Shown: positions 53,211 through 61,658 of the stretch, one piece after another
How the letters are laid out: every line of letters begins with the position of its first letter
Numbering within the stretch: position 1 is the stretch's first letter
Assembly (NCBI GenBank): GCA_965661285.1
Contig: CBFIDD010000006.1
Location: 1-64,000, forward strand
Direction: 5' to 3'
Length of the DNA stretch: 64,000 nucleotides
Origin: Poseidonia sp.
Lineage (GTDB): Archaea; Thermoplasmatota; Poseidoniia; Poseidoniales; Poseidoniaceae
The notes under the pieces: model-generated
What the model saw: only the letters and a program-made list of their open reading frames with translations
Databases searched by the model: none
Told to the model about the DNA's origin: nothing
Made by a program: the position numbers and the translations under genes

Positions 53211-55736
53211 TCAGCGGCTCATGACGGCTCGGTGAACCATGGTTTGGACTTCTCGCATGCGCGACTTTGCTCCAAGTTCACGGAAGACTTTCAGTGCACG
53301 TTGGAGGTATTCCATGCGGCCTTGACGGTCGGGTGCGACGCCGCCCAGCCGCGTGAGCAATTCCCCAATTTGCATGCGTAAATCGTTCGCTTCTGCCATC
53401 ACCAAGGCTTGCCGATAGTGCTCCATGGCCTCATCGGTCCGACCGGAATCGTGCAGCACCTCCCCGAGCAGCATGGCGATTTCCACCAGGGACTGCACGT
53501 CGCCCGCCTCTGTCATGGCCTCAAGGGCTTCAGAATAGTGGAACAGTGCAAGTTCAGACTGACCCACTTTGGAATAATAACGGCCAAGAACACCTTGAGC
53601 GCGTGCGTGAAGCACCCCGTCATCCATTTCTGCTGAACGTTCATGCGAAGCCATGGCGTGTTCTCGTGCTCTGTCAACCTCACCGAGGGAAATGAGGGCT
53701 CTCGCAAGCGTGATTTGACTGCTGATGAGTTGGTCATCATCGGAACTTGACAGGATGGCTTCAACCTCACCGTAGGCTTCCAGCGCTTTTGATCGCTCGT
53801 TCTTTCGACGAAGGAGGTACCCGATGTTGTTGTATGTGCGAGCTGCCCACCGAGCGTTTCCTCGGGCGATGTAGTGTTTGAGCGCCTTCTTGTGGCGACT
53901 GAGCGAAAGGTCGCTATCACCCATCTTTCTGCTCACATCGGCCAGTGATGACAGAAGTTCGGCCTGCACCAACTCGTCCGCCTTCTTCTCCGCTCTCTTG
54001 AGGGTGCTGTTCAGGACCGTTTCCGCTTCATCAAGGCGGCCAAGAAGGGCGAGAATGTCGCCCTGAAGTTGTTCCATACGCATCACAACGTCTGAGGAGA
54101 TGTCGTCCGTTTCGATTTGTTCGATCAAGCCGAGAAGTTCCATGTGGCCTTGCGAAATCAGTTGGTGGCCTTCTGCAACGACGAGAGCAGAGGCATTCTC
54201 ATGTTGCGCTGCCTTGATTGAGTGATAAATCAACTCCATGAGCATATCATGTGTTCGGGTTTGTTTTTGATACCAGTCCACACATTTTGAATGAAATTCT
54301 TGGCGAAGAGCAGGGGACAGACTGCGCAGAAGGAATTCCCGAATCAAATCGTGAACATCGTATGTCGCTGAATCTGCTTGACGAGCCAAGCCCGATTCAA
54401 CCAGACTGTCCAATTCATCCGTGTTCAGTTGCTGTTGTGCCAGCGCACCGAGTTCAACAGGTTCACGGAAGATTGAGAGGGCTGAGAGAACACGTTTTTG
54501 TTCTGCAGTTAGTTTTGAAAAGATCTCAACGGTCACGTAGTTTTCGAGCGTCTCGTGAAAAGCGCCGGCAGAGGCGCCTCGATTGATCAGCTCCAGCACA
54601 AGGGGATGCCCGCGGGATAAGCCATGAATGTGCAACCACTGTTCATCGCCCAAGGATTCGAAACTTGTCAGCAGTTTTCGCCCTGATTCCGGGTCGAGTC
54701 CATCGAGCGGAAGAACCAAACTCGCAATTCGGCCTTCTGCGTCCTTTGTTGGAACAACGGGTTTGAAGGAACGCGAGAAGATGACGAGACCGGTTTTCTC
54801 CTCACTTCCAAGCAGCGCGAGTGACATCGCTTGGAAGGTTTGGTGGAGCACCATATCCGAGACCTTGTGGAAGTCATCGATAACCAGCAAGGACGGCGTG
54901 CCCTCCAAGGCCTCGACGAGTATTCGTGCAGCATCGGCAGGTTGCGGCACGGGTGTTGCCGCTAGGTAGGTCGAGAAATCTGAATTTCCCATGCTGGACA
55001 ACCAGTCCGCTACCGATTCAAATAAGGAACGAGACCCTTCCCAATCTTGACACCGATGGTAAAGGAGATTCCTTCTGTGCATGAATCGCTCGATCAATTT
55101 TGAGGCCATCGTGGTTTTTCCAATGCCTGCAATTCCGGGTACCAACAAGGTTGTCGCCCGCGCTTCAAGCAAGTTGACCATGTTGTCCAATTCGGTCGCA
55201 CGTCCGTAAAAATGCCGCAGTCGAGGCAAGTCCGCCAACGATGTTACCAGTTGTTTTTCGACATGTTTTGAAAGGTCACGCTCAACGAGGTCCGCCGACA
55301 GGTTTCGCACATCCAAGCAATTGTTTTCGTCGATGTAGCGAATGATGTCAACCGGCCTCATCTCAAACGGCAACACGGACTTAGCTCCACTCAGTGTGGT
55401 CTCCACCGAGGGTTGGTCGTTCAAGATGCACCGAACGGGAAACTCGGAGAGTCGCTCCCATGTTTCAGTCGCAAGGGCAACACCCGAATCGGTCAGGAAG
55501 TATGCTTTGCGTTTTCGAGAAACACCCTTGACGTGGGCTTGTCGCTCGACGAGAATCTCTTGGTCTTTCAACCCGGCAATGGCGCGCGGAACGTTGGACC
55601 TGGCGATAGCCACGGCGTTTGCGATACCCATTTGGGAGAGCGCAAACGGAACCTCGATGCTGTCCTTGTAGTCGGAATAATCCAACAGATGCAACAGGAT
55701 ACGTTCCTGCACGCCCGGTTTTGCCTGCACGGCCAT
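53211..55736 (-). CDS. Winged-helix + STAND-type P-loop NTPase + TPR protein
   Basis: wHTH (SQMGIANAVAIARSNVPR...YFLTDSG), Walker A GIAGIGKT, Walker B LVIDDFH, GHPL, HDLIR, TPR array; alternative GTG start 55760. Confidence 0.88.
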   Translation of the reverse strand: MAVQAKPGVQERILLHLLDYSDYKDSIEVPFALSQMGIANAVAIARSNVPRAIAGLKDQEILVERQAHVKGVSRKRKAYFLTDSGVALATETWERLSEFPVRCILNDQPSVETTLSGAKSVLPFEMRPVDIIRYIDENNCLDVRNLSADLVERDLSKHVEKQLVTSLADLPRLRHFYGRATELDNMVNLLEARATTLLVPGIAGIGKTTMASKLIERFMHRRNLLYHRCQDWEGSRSLFESVADWLSSMGNSDFSTYLAATPVPQPADAARILVEALEGTPSLLVIDDFHKVSDMVLHQTFQAMSLALLGSEEKTGLVIFSRSFKPVVPTKDAEGRIASLVLPLDGLDPESGRKLLTSFESLGDEQWLHIHGLSRGHPLVLELINRGASAGAFHETLENYVTVEIFSKLTAEQKRVLSALSIFREPVELGALAQQQLNTDELDSLVESGLARQADSATYDVHDLIREFLLRSLSPALRQEFHSKCVDWYQKQTRTHDMLMELIYHSIKAAQHENASALVVAEGHQLISQGHMELLGLIEQIETDDISSDVVMRMEQLQGDILALLGRLDEAETVLNSTLKRAEKKADELVQAELLSSLADVSRKMGDSDLSLSRHKKALKHYIARGNARWAARTYNNIGYLLRRKNERSKALEAYGEVEAILSSSDDDQLISSQITLARALISLGEVDRAREHAMASHERSAEMDDGVLHARAQGVLGRYYSKVGQSELALFHYSEALEAMTEAGDVQSLVEIAMLLGEVLHDSGRTDEAMEHYRQALVMAEANDLRMQIGELLTRLGGVAPDRQGRMEYLQRALKVFRELGAKSRMREVQTMVHRAVMSR

Positions 55737-55756
55737 TGTCAAACCCTCAGGTGTAC

Positions 55757-58700
55757 TCACGCTTGGGGAGGCTGCTGATAGTCGGGGTCAGGCACCCATT
55801 GGTTGGATGCTTGGTCCCAAAGCCAGCCGGGGTGTTGAGATGCTGCTGGGGCTGCTGCCTCTTGAACAGCAGGTGCTGCCTGTGTTTGCGGTGCAACTTG
55901 CTGTTGAGGGAGGCTGGGTGTTTGTTTGGTCTTGGCCCAAGCGTAGGGGTCCTCTTGCTGTGGAGCATCGTCGCCGGTCAGGTCGGCCTCGTCGGGAATC
56001 TCTTCAAACTCGATGAAGAAGAACGCCCCTGCTCCGAGGAGGACAAGGACCGCGATGACGATGAGGGCGATGGTCAACACACCCGAGCCGCCGTCGTCTC
56101 CGCTCGAGACGGTGATGGCGAACTCGGCGTTGTCTGTTTGCCCGGCGAAATTGAAGATTTGACCGTCCATTTCGAAGATCACATTTGAGGTGCCTTCAAC
56201 ACCGCTCAATTGGCCGGCCGTGAGGTCCATGCTCCAAGAGCCGTCTGAGAGGACACGCGTTGAGTTCAACTTCGCATTTCCATCTGCAAATCGCGCAATG
56301 ACCAGACTGCCGGGCAAACCTTCACCCTGGAAGGTGGCAGGGTCGTTGACGGTGATGTCGCCGACGTCAGCACGTTCAACGGTGAACGAAACAGAACGTA
56401 CCAAGAAGTTCACCTTGAGCGAGTAGGCCTTCGACTCCTGGTCGTCCTGGGCGTACACGACGACACCGTTCAACGACCAGTCCGGTATGCTGCTGGTGGT
56501 TTGGGCCATGTAGGACATGGGGTCGTAGGTCAGCACGCCCAGAGGCGTAATGGTGATGAAATCGTCGTAGAAGTCGTCCTCGATGGTCTCATCATCGTCA
56601 TAGACATAGAACTCGAGGTCATTGCCGGGTGAACCGGTGCCGTCCGGGTCGCTGAAGAATTCAGCCAAGTCGAACGAAACACCACCGCCACAGCGGTCAA
56701 AGGAGTTGGAGTTCTGGTCGCAGAAGATGGTCCAGGTGCCAACCCATCCGGTCTCATTGAAGACAGGGTCGATGTTTTCTGCATCGAGTGGATTGTTGAT
56801 GGTCATTCTCCATGTCGACCATTCCGAATAATCATCGCCGTCATAGGCACGGACAGCGACCGAATAGACGCTGTCGTGGACGAGTTTTGAGGTATCCCAG
56901 TTGGCGACCCAAGAGCCGTCTTGAGCAAAGGTCGTGACCGGAAGCGGCCCGTCGTTGAGGACAATGCCGTTGGCCAGGTCGGTGATTTCAATCTCAACAC
57001 GGGTCACGAATCCACCGATGTCTCGAGCAACGCCGATAATCTTGGTCTCAGGAGAGGCTCGTACGGTATCGCCGTCAATGCCTCCGGAGGTTTGGTCTTC
57101 CGCACCGATCCAAGAGAGTTGGAGGTTGGGCGGGACGTTATCGTTGTTGATGGTGATGGTTCGCGTCTCGGCAACGCAACCGTCGGCCACCACGATCTCG
57201 TCAATGCAGAAATCACTGTCAGCGGCCCATACCTCAATGGTATACTCACCGGAGGGAAGTTCTGCAACACTCCACTGGTACGACCAACTCGTCGAGCCTT
57301 GGTTGAAGAACTGCTGTTCAAAGTCGTTAGGTCCGGTGATGTGGAACCAAATCTGCTTGATGTCGCTGCCATAGGTGCCCTGGTAGGGGTCCGATGCGGT
57401 CCCCTGGAACATGACCTTCCCTGTCTGGTGAACGCTGCCTTCTGTTGGCACGTCGACAAGAATGGTGGGCGGAACCAAGTTGAGTTTGTACTGGCGAACT
57501 TCAACCGGTGAGTAGTCCAACCCGTCGTAGGAACGGATGCGGAACGCGATGTCACCTTCACCATCAGGGTGAGCAGCGCCGTCCCATTCGTAGACCCAAT
57601 CTCTGAAAGGATGGGACTGCATTGTAATCTCCCCGTTCGAGCCTGAAACATCGGAGGCGTAGAACCAGTCGCTTGACCCGGGGGGTTGAATCTCAACCCG
57701 CTTGATCACACCAAATTGGGCTTGTTGAGCCGTGTTGTCGTTCGCATAAGGCCACTTGAGACCGTCCCATGCCTGTCCGGTAATTCGAACGGTCGTGGCG
57801 TAAGAGTAGCCATCGGGTTCGTTAACGCTCACACTGGGTCGCTGATTCTCAAGGTTGATGACATCATCAATCGGTCCGGAAAGCACGTATGAGAAGTCAT
57901 CTTTCCCACTGCCGAACTTGAAGGCCTCAACCGAATAGAAAGGCTTCTCGCGATTCCCGTTTTCACAGTTGGAGTTATCGCTGATATCCGAAGCAAGGTC
58001 ACCACCGTCGATGAAGGTGTCACCATCGTTGTCAATACCGTCAGCGCAGGAGTCCTCGTCCACATAGATTGGCTGACCGGTTCCGTCGTTTGATCCGGGA
58101 ATGGCAGCATTTTTGTCTCCGACCACATGGTTCCAGTTCCGGTCAAGCAAGAAATCCGAAGGGAGTGAAACTTGGGGGGTAAAGCCAAACGCATCCGTGG
58201 TAAGTTCGTACAATGGCAAACCTGTTGCGTCTTTGATCACCACAGTGGCGCCTTCAACGTTCGAATTTTTGGCTTTCACCTGATAGCGGACCAACTCACC
58301 TTGACGGACTTGGGAGCCCCAAGCCGTGTTTTGGTTCTGTACATGAATCATGGATGAATCAAAGTTTTGTAGGGCTGCAAAAGAGAACACGGTGGCGTTT
58401 TCCACCAGTTCAAGGGCGAGTGGCATCTGAGCAGGTGGGAGGGCCACCGTGTCAGGCAGTTGAAGGCATTCGTCTTGGACATAGGGGCATTCTGCTCCAA
58501 GCCAACGGATGTTGACAGGGTACAACTCACCGTTGCCCGGCGAGGGGATTTGCTCGGATTGGACAGTCACACGGGATTCGGTGATGTTGTAGACTTGAGA
58601 GACCCCGGTCCACGTGTTTCCAGAGAAGTAAGCCACGGACCCGTACTTGTTGCCGTAATTGTCATCATGAAGGCTGATGTTTCCAGCGAAGCCACCTTGT

Positions 58701-60190
58701 GAGTCGGCGGTGTTCCGTTGGACATTGATAAGGGAACCCTTGGCGCGAATGATGTCGCCGGTGTTACCCGTGATGGTGTTGTCGAGAATGCTGGCAGAGG
58801 AACGGAACACGTGTACGGCAGGGCAAGCAAAGTCGCCTCCATACATTTGCGAGTTGCACGTACCGGAGTTGTTGGAAATGGCGTTGTTGGCGAGGTACAA
58901 CCGAGCGGCAGAGGGCGCTGGAACTTGCCACCCTTGGTCTTCGTAGTGGTATTCGCCGATGAGCACGGGTTCCTTCCCCGTGTCTTGAATCGTGTTGTTT
59001 TCCGCAATAACATCGGACACGCCATAGATCCACAAGCCGTTCCATCCGCCAATAGGACCGATGGTGTTCTCGTGGAGTTCAACAACAGAGCCACGGATGC
59101 CAACACCAGACGCCTCAGCGGCACCAGAGATGGTATTACGTTCTGCGTAGACCTTTGCACCGTCGTAGGCGGTGAGACCCGCACCTTCTTCTGTGGTGAT
59201 GATGTTGTTGTTCACCTCAAGCGTGTGCTCGATGGTACCCGTTGTTTTCAGGGAGTTGGTGTCGATGGCGTTACATTTGACGTCAATGTCCGAATTGGTG
59301 AGGGTCCCCGAACTTGACTTCATGAGGATACCGTAGCTGTTGTCAGCGATGTCCAAATTGTCCATATCAACATACGAATCCTCGATGTAAATCACAGCAC
59401 GACCACCTCCCTGCTGCCCGCAATCCGCATCATTACCGGTAAATTCCGAGTTCTTGACCTCAAAAGTCGAGAGGATTCCTGCTCCTGCAGAATATGCCCG
59501 GACTGCGGCAGCGTCGTACCCTTGTCCGTCAACACCTAACTCAAATGATGAGTCGAGGAGAAGGGGCGATGCAAAGTCAAGAGCGATGACGTTTGAGGTA
59601 TTGACATCAGCAAACGAAAGGCCGCGAGCCGTGGTTGAGGACCCGTCAAAGACGAGGGCACCGTACTGCAACGACTGGAGGGATGGTACATACACAGGAT
59701 AGCCATATGCGTTTTCAAAATGAGCAAAATTGATCGATGTGATGGCTTGGTCGATGGTGTTTCTGATCACCATGCCGGAGCCACAAGCCGTGTCAGGGTT
59801 GTTGAAGCTGGCTGAATTGCTGTTCAAACACCAACCGGCCTTTTCGTAGGTGCTCGGCTGAGTCCAGATAAAGCGTGCCTGGGACGAGGCGGAACCTGCG
59901 CTTGCTCCGCAAGCCGCATCGCCGATGCAAATGGCACCCTCAACATCGATGTATTTTCCGAAGGGGATGTTCACCGTTGTACCAGCATTGACAATGAGTT
60001 TCGAACCCTGCGCAACGGTGACGTTGTCTTGGAGGTTCATTGTACCGGTCCATGTCTCGGTCCCGGTCACGGTCCCCTGGGTTGTTTCATTGACCGCCAT
60101 GACGGATGGGACCGAAACCACCGCCAACATGAGTGACATCATGTAGAGCAGCACCAAGGAGACGGATTTCGTTTTATTTTCTCGGGACAT
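55757..60190 (-). CDS. Surface protein with right-handed beta-helix and Ig-like repeats, C-terminal TM and Trp-rich tail
   Basis: Asn-ladder repeats (NNIIT, NTISG, NNTIQ), G.A.D...I..VE Ig modules, TM IALIVIAVLVLLGAGAFFFI. Confidence 0.87.
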   Translation of the reverse strand: MSRENKTKSVSLVLLYMMSLMLAVVSVPSVMAVNETTQGTVTGTETWTGTMNLQDNVTVAQGSKLIVNAGTTVNIPFGKYIDVEGAICIGDAACGASAGSASSQARFIWTQPSTYEKAGWCLNSNSASFNNPDTACGSGMVIRNTIDQAITSINFAHFENAYGYPVYVPSLQSLQYGALVFDGSSTTARGLSFADVNTSNVIALDFASPLLLDSSFELGVDGQGYDAAAVRAYSAGAGILSTFEVKNSEFTGNDADCGQQGGGRAVIYIEDSYVDMDNLDIADNSYGILMKSSSGTLTNSDIDVKCNAIDTNSLKTTGTIEHTLEVNNNIITTEEGAGLTAYDGAKVYAERNTISGAAEASGVGIRGSVVELHENTIGPIGGWNGLWIYGVSDVIAENNTIQDTGKEPVLIGEYHYEDQGWQVPAPSAARLYLANNAISNNSGTCNSQMYGGDFACPAVHVFRSSASILDNTITGNTGDIIRAKGSLINVQRNTADSQGGFAGNISLHDDNYGNKYGSVAYFSGNTWTGVSQVYNITESRVTVQSEQIPSPGNGELYPVNIRWLGAECPYVQDECLQLPDTVALPPAQMPLALELVENATVFSFAALQNFDSSMIHVQNQNTAWGSQVRQGELVRYQVKAKNSNVEGATVVIKDATGLPLYELTTDAFGFTPQVSLPSDFLLDRNWNHVVGDKNAAIPGSNDGTGQPIYVDEDSCADGIDNDGDTFIDGGDLASDISDNSNCENGNREKPFYSVEAFKFGSGKDDFSYVLSGPIDDVINLENQRPSVSVNEPDGYSYATTVRITGQAWDGLKWPYANDNTAQQAQFGVIKRVEIQPPGSSDWFYASDVSGSNGEITMQSHPFRDWVYEWDGAAHPDGEGDIAFRIRSYDGLDYSPVEVRQYKLNLVPPTILVDVPTEGSVHQTGKVMFQGTASDPYQGTYGSDIKQIWFHITGPNDFEQQFFNQGSTSWSYQWSVAELPSGEYTIEVWAADSDFCIDEIVVADGCVAETRTITINNDNVPPNLQLSWIGAEDQTSGGIDGDTVRASPETKIIGVARDIGGFVTRVEIEITDLANGIVLNDGPLPVTTFAQDGSWVANWDTSKLVHDSVYSVAVRAYDGDDYSEWSTWRMTINNPLDAENIDPVFNETGWVGTWTIFCDQNSNSFDRCGGGVSFDLAEFFSDPDGTGSPGNDLEFYVYDDDETIEDDFYDDFITITPLGVLTYDPMSYMAQTTSSIPDWSLNGVVVYAQDDQESKAYSLKVNFLVRSVSFTVERADVGDITVNDPATFQGEGLPGSLVIARFADGNAKLNSTRVLSDGSWSMDLTAGQLSGVEGTSNVIFEMDGQIFNFAGQTDNAEFAITVSSGDDGGSGVLTIALIVIAVLVLLGAGAFFFIEFEEIPDEADLTGDDAPQQEDPYAWAKTKQTPSLPQQQVAPQTQAAPAVQEAAAPAASQHPGWLWDQASNQWVPDPDYQQPPQA

Positions 60191-60194
60191 CAGC

Positions 60195-60385
60195 GATTCA
60201 CCCAGTCCGTCCATGAACGGGCCGAATATAATACTGCGCCTCATTTGACGGATTAAAAATATCAATGTTGGCTTAGAGTATCAGTAAAACCGCCGGATTT
60301 CGGGGCCATAATACCGTATTCTAGACGAAAACCAACCTAAAATGGTTCAATATTGGACCGTAGGAACGCTGGAATTCATCAACAT
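60195..60385. promoter_or_regulatory. AT-rich intergenic control region with TATA box and near-palindrome
   Basis: Minus-strand TATTATAT (~60216-60223); imperfect palindrome GGTTCAATATTGGACC (60344-60359). Confidence 0.5.
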
Positions 60386-61594
60386 CTAGCAATCCCTTAT
60401 CCTCAATGCTGATTGATGCCAGGCTTCTGCATCGAGCGCGCCATATCCTCCCCGAGCATCATGCTCGGGAACACCGCTCTCGCTCATCGAATCCACCAGG
60501 GCTTGCTTGACCTCAATAAGACAAGAAGCATTACCACCAGGTTGTGGCTTCAACCAGGGAAGATCTTCCAGAATGAGGGCTAAAGCGCCAGCCACGAAGA
60601 CCGTCGCATCGGAGGTCCCACTGCTGGAGTACCACAGGTTGTCCTCCCCAGTGCTGATCACGCGTTCTCCTGGGGCAACCACCTCAGGTTTGAGATGGGG
60701 AGTTTGGCGCTCAACACCGTCCCGGTCGTATGCTGAACCCGTGGAAGTATTGGACCACAATGCCCCTGTTTTGCTTGAGGCCCCGACAGAAATGGCCAGA
60801 GCCACACTTCCGGGAGAAGCAACATCGCCGTCATCATCCATACCGTCGTTCCCTGCCGCAGCAACAACATAGACGCCTGCATCCGTGGCTTGCCTGGTCG
60901 CAGAGGACGAACCACCCTCTGAACCTCCTCGCGGTTCTGAGCCTCCCAAGGAAAGCGAAATGATATCGGCTTCAAATTCAAATTGGCACCAACGAATAGC
61001 ATCGGCAACATCGTTGTCGAGTCCAGTATTTTCGCCACCACCGTTGTCGCTCAGGGCTGCAACCATGGCGAAGCTCGCGTTCGGAGCAGCCCCTGTTTGA
61101 TGCGACGTCGAAAGCAGCAATCCCGCCATCAACGTCCCGTGGGAAACAGCGCCGTAGTCAATGGGTGTACGGGACGTGCCAACCAAGTCCTTGAACTCGA
61201 TTTGACTGGTTGAAAACGCCTCGTGTGAAGCATCCACGCCCGTGTCAACCATGCAAACCCGAACGCCCTCACCGGACAAACCAGCCTGTTGGAGGTCACG
61301 AAGGGATGTGTCTTCAAACGCCCATTCGGATTCAGGCAACGGCAAATCGATGACAATCCACTGATTTTGCCACATGAGTAGACTGGCCGAAACCAACAAC
61401 GCAAAAGCGACCATACCAGGTACCGTAAGAGGCCGTCGACGCTGACGAACGACCGGTTCAACTTCATAGGGTGCCCACCCCATGATTTCTGAACGCCATT
61501 CGTTTTGGAATCCGACCACGGTCGGGTCAACAGCAGACACAATGCGCCGGTCGGTGGGCTCTGGAAGGTACTCTACATCCCGGAGACCTTCCAT
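60386..61594 (-). CDS. S8 serine peptidase with N-terminal membrane anchor
   Basis: DTG, HGT, AAAGNDG, KPEVVAPG, SGTS; RRR followed by a TM near the N-terminus. Confidence 0.92.
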   Translation of the reverse strand: MEGLRDVEYLPEPTDRRIVSAVDPTVVGFQNEWRSEIMGWAPYEVEPVVRQRRRPLTVPGMVAFALLVSASLLMWQNQWIVIDLPLPESEWAFEDTSLRDLQQAGLSGEGVRVCMVDTGVDASHEAFSTSQIEFKDLVGTSRTPIDYGAVSHGTLMAGLLLSTSHQTGAAPNASFAMVAALSDNGGGENTGLDNDVADAIRWCQFEFEADIISLSLGGSEPRGGSEGGSSSATRQATDAGVYVVAAAGNDGMDDDGDVASPGSVALAISVGASSKTGALWSNTSTGSAYDRDGVERQTPHLKPEVVAPGERVISTGEDNLWYSSSGTSDATVFVAGALALILEDLPWLKPQPGGNASCLIEVKQALVDSMSESGVPEHDARGGYGALDAEAWHQSALRIRDC

Positions 61595-61658
61595 GGCTAT
61601 CACTACCCAAAGGTTGGGCACATGAACCCTTGTTTGAAAATTCAGCAGAAACTGAACA

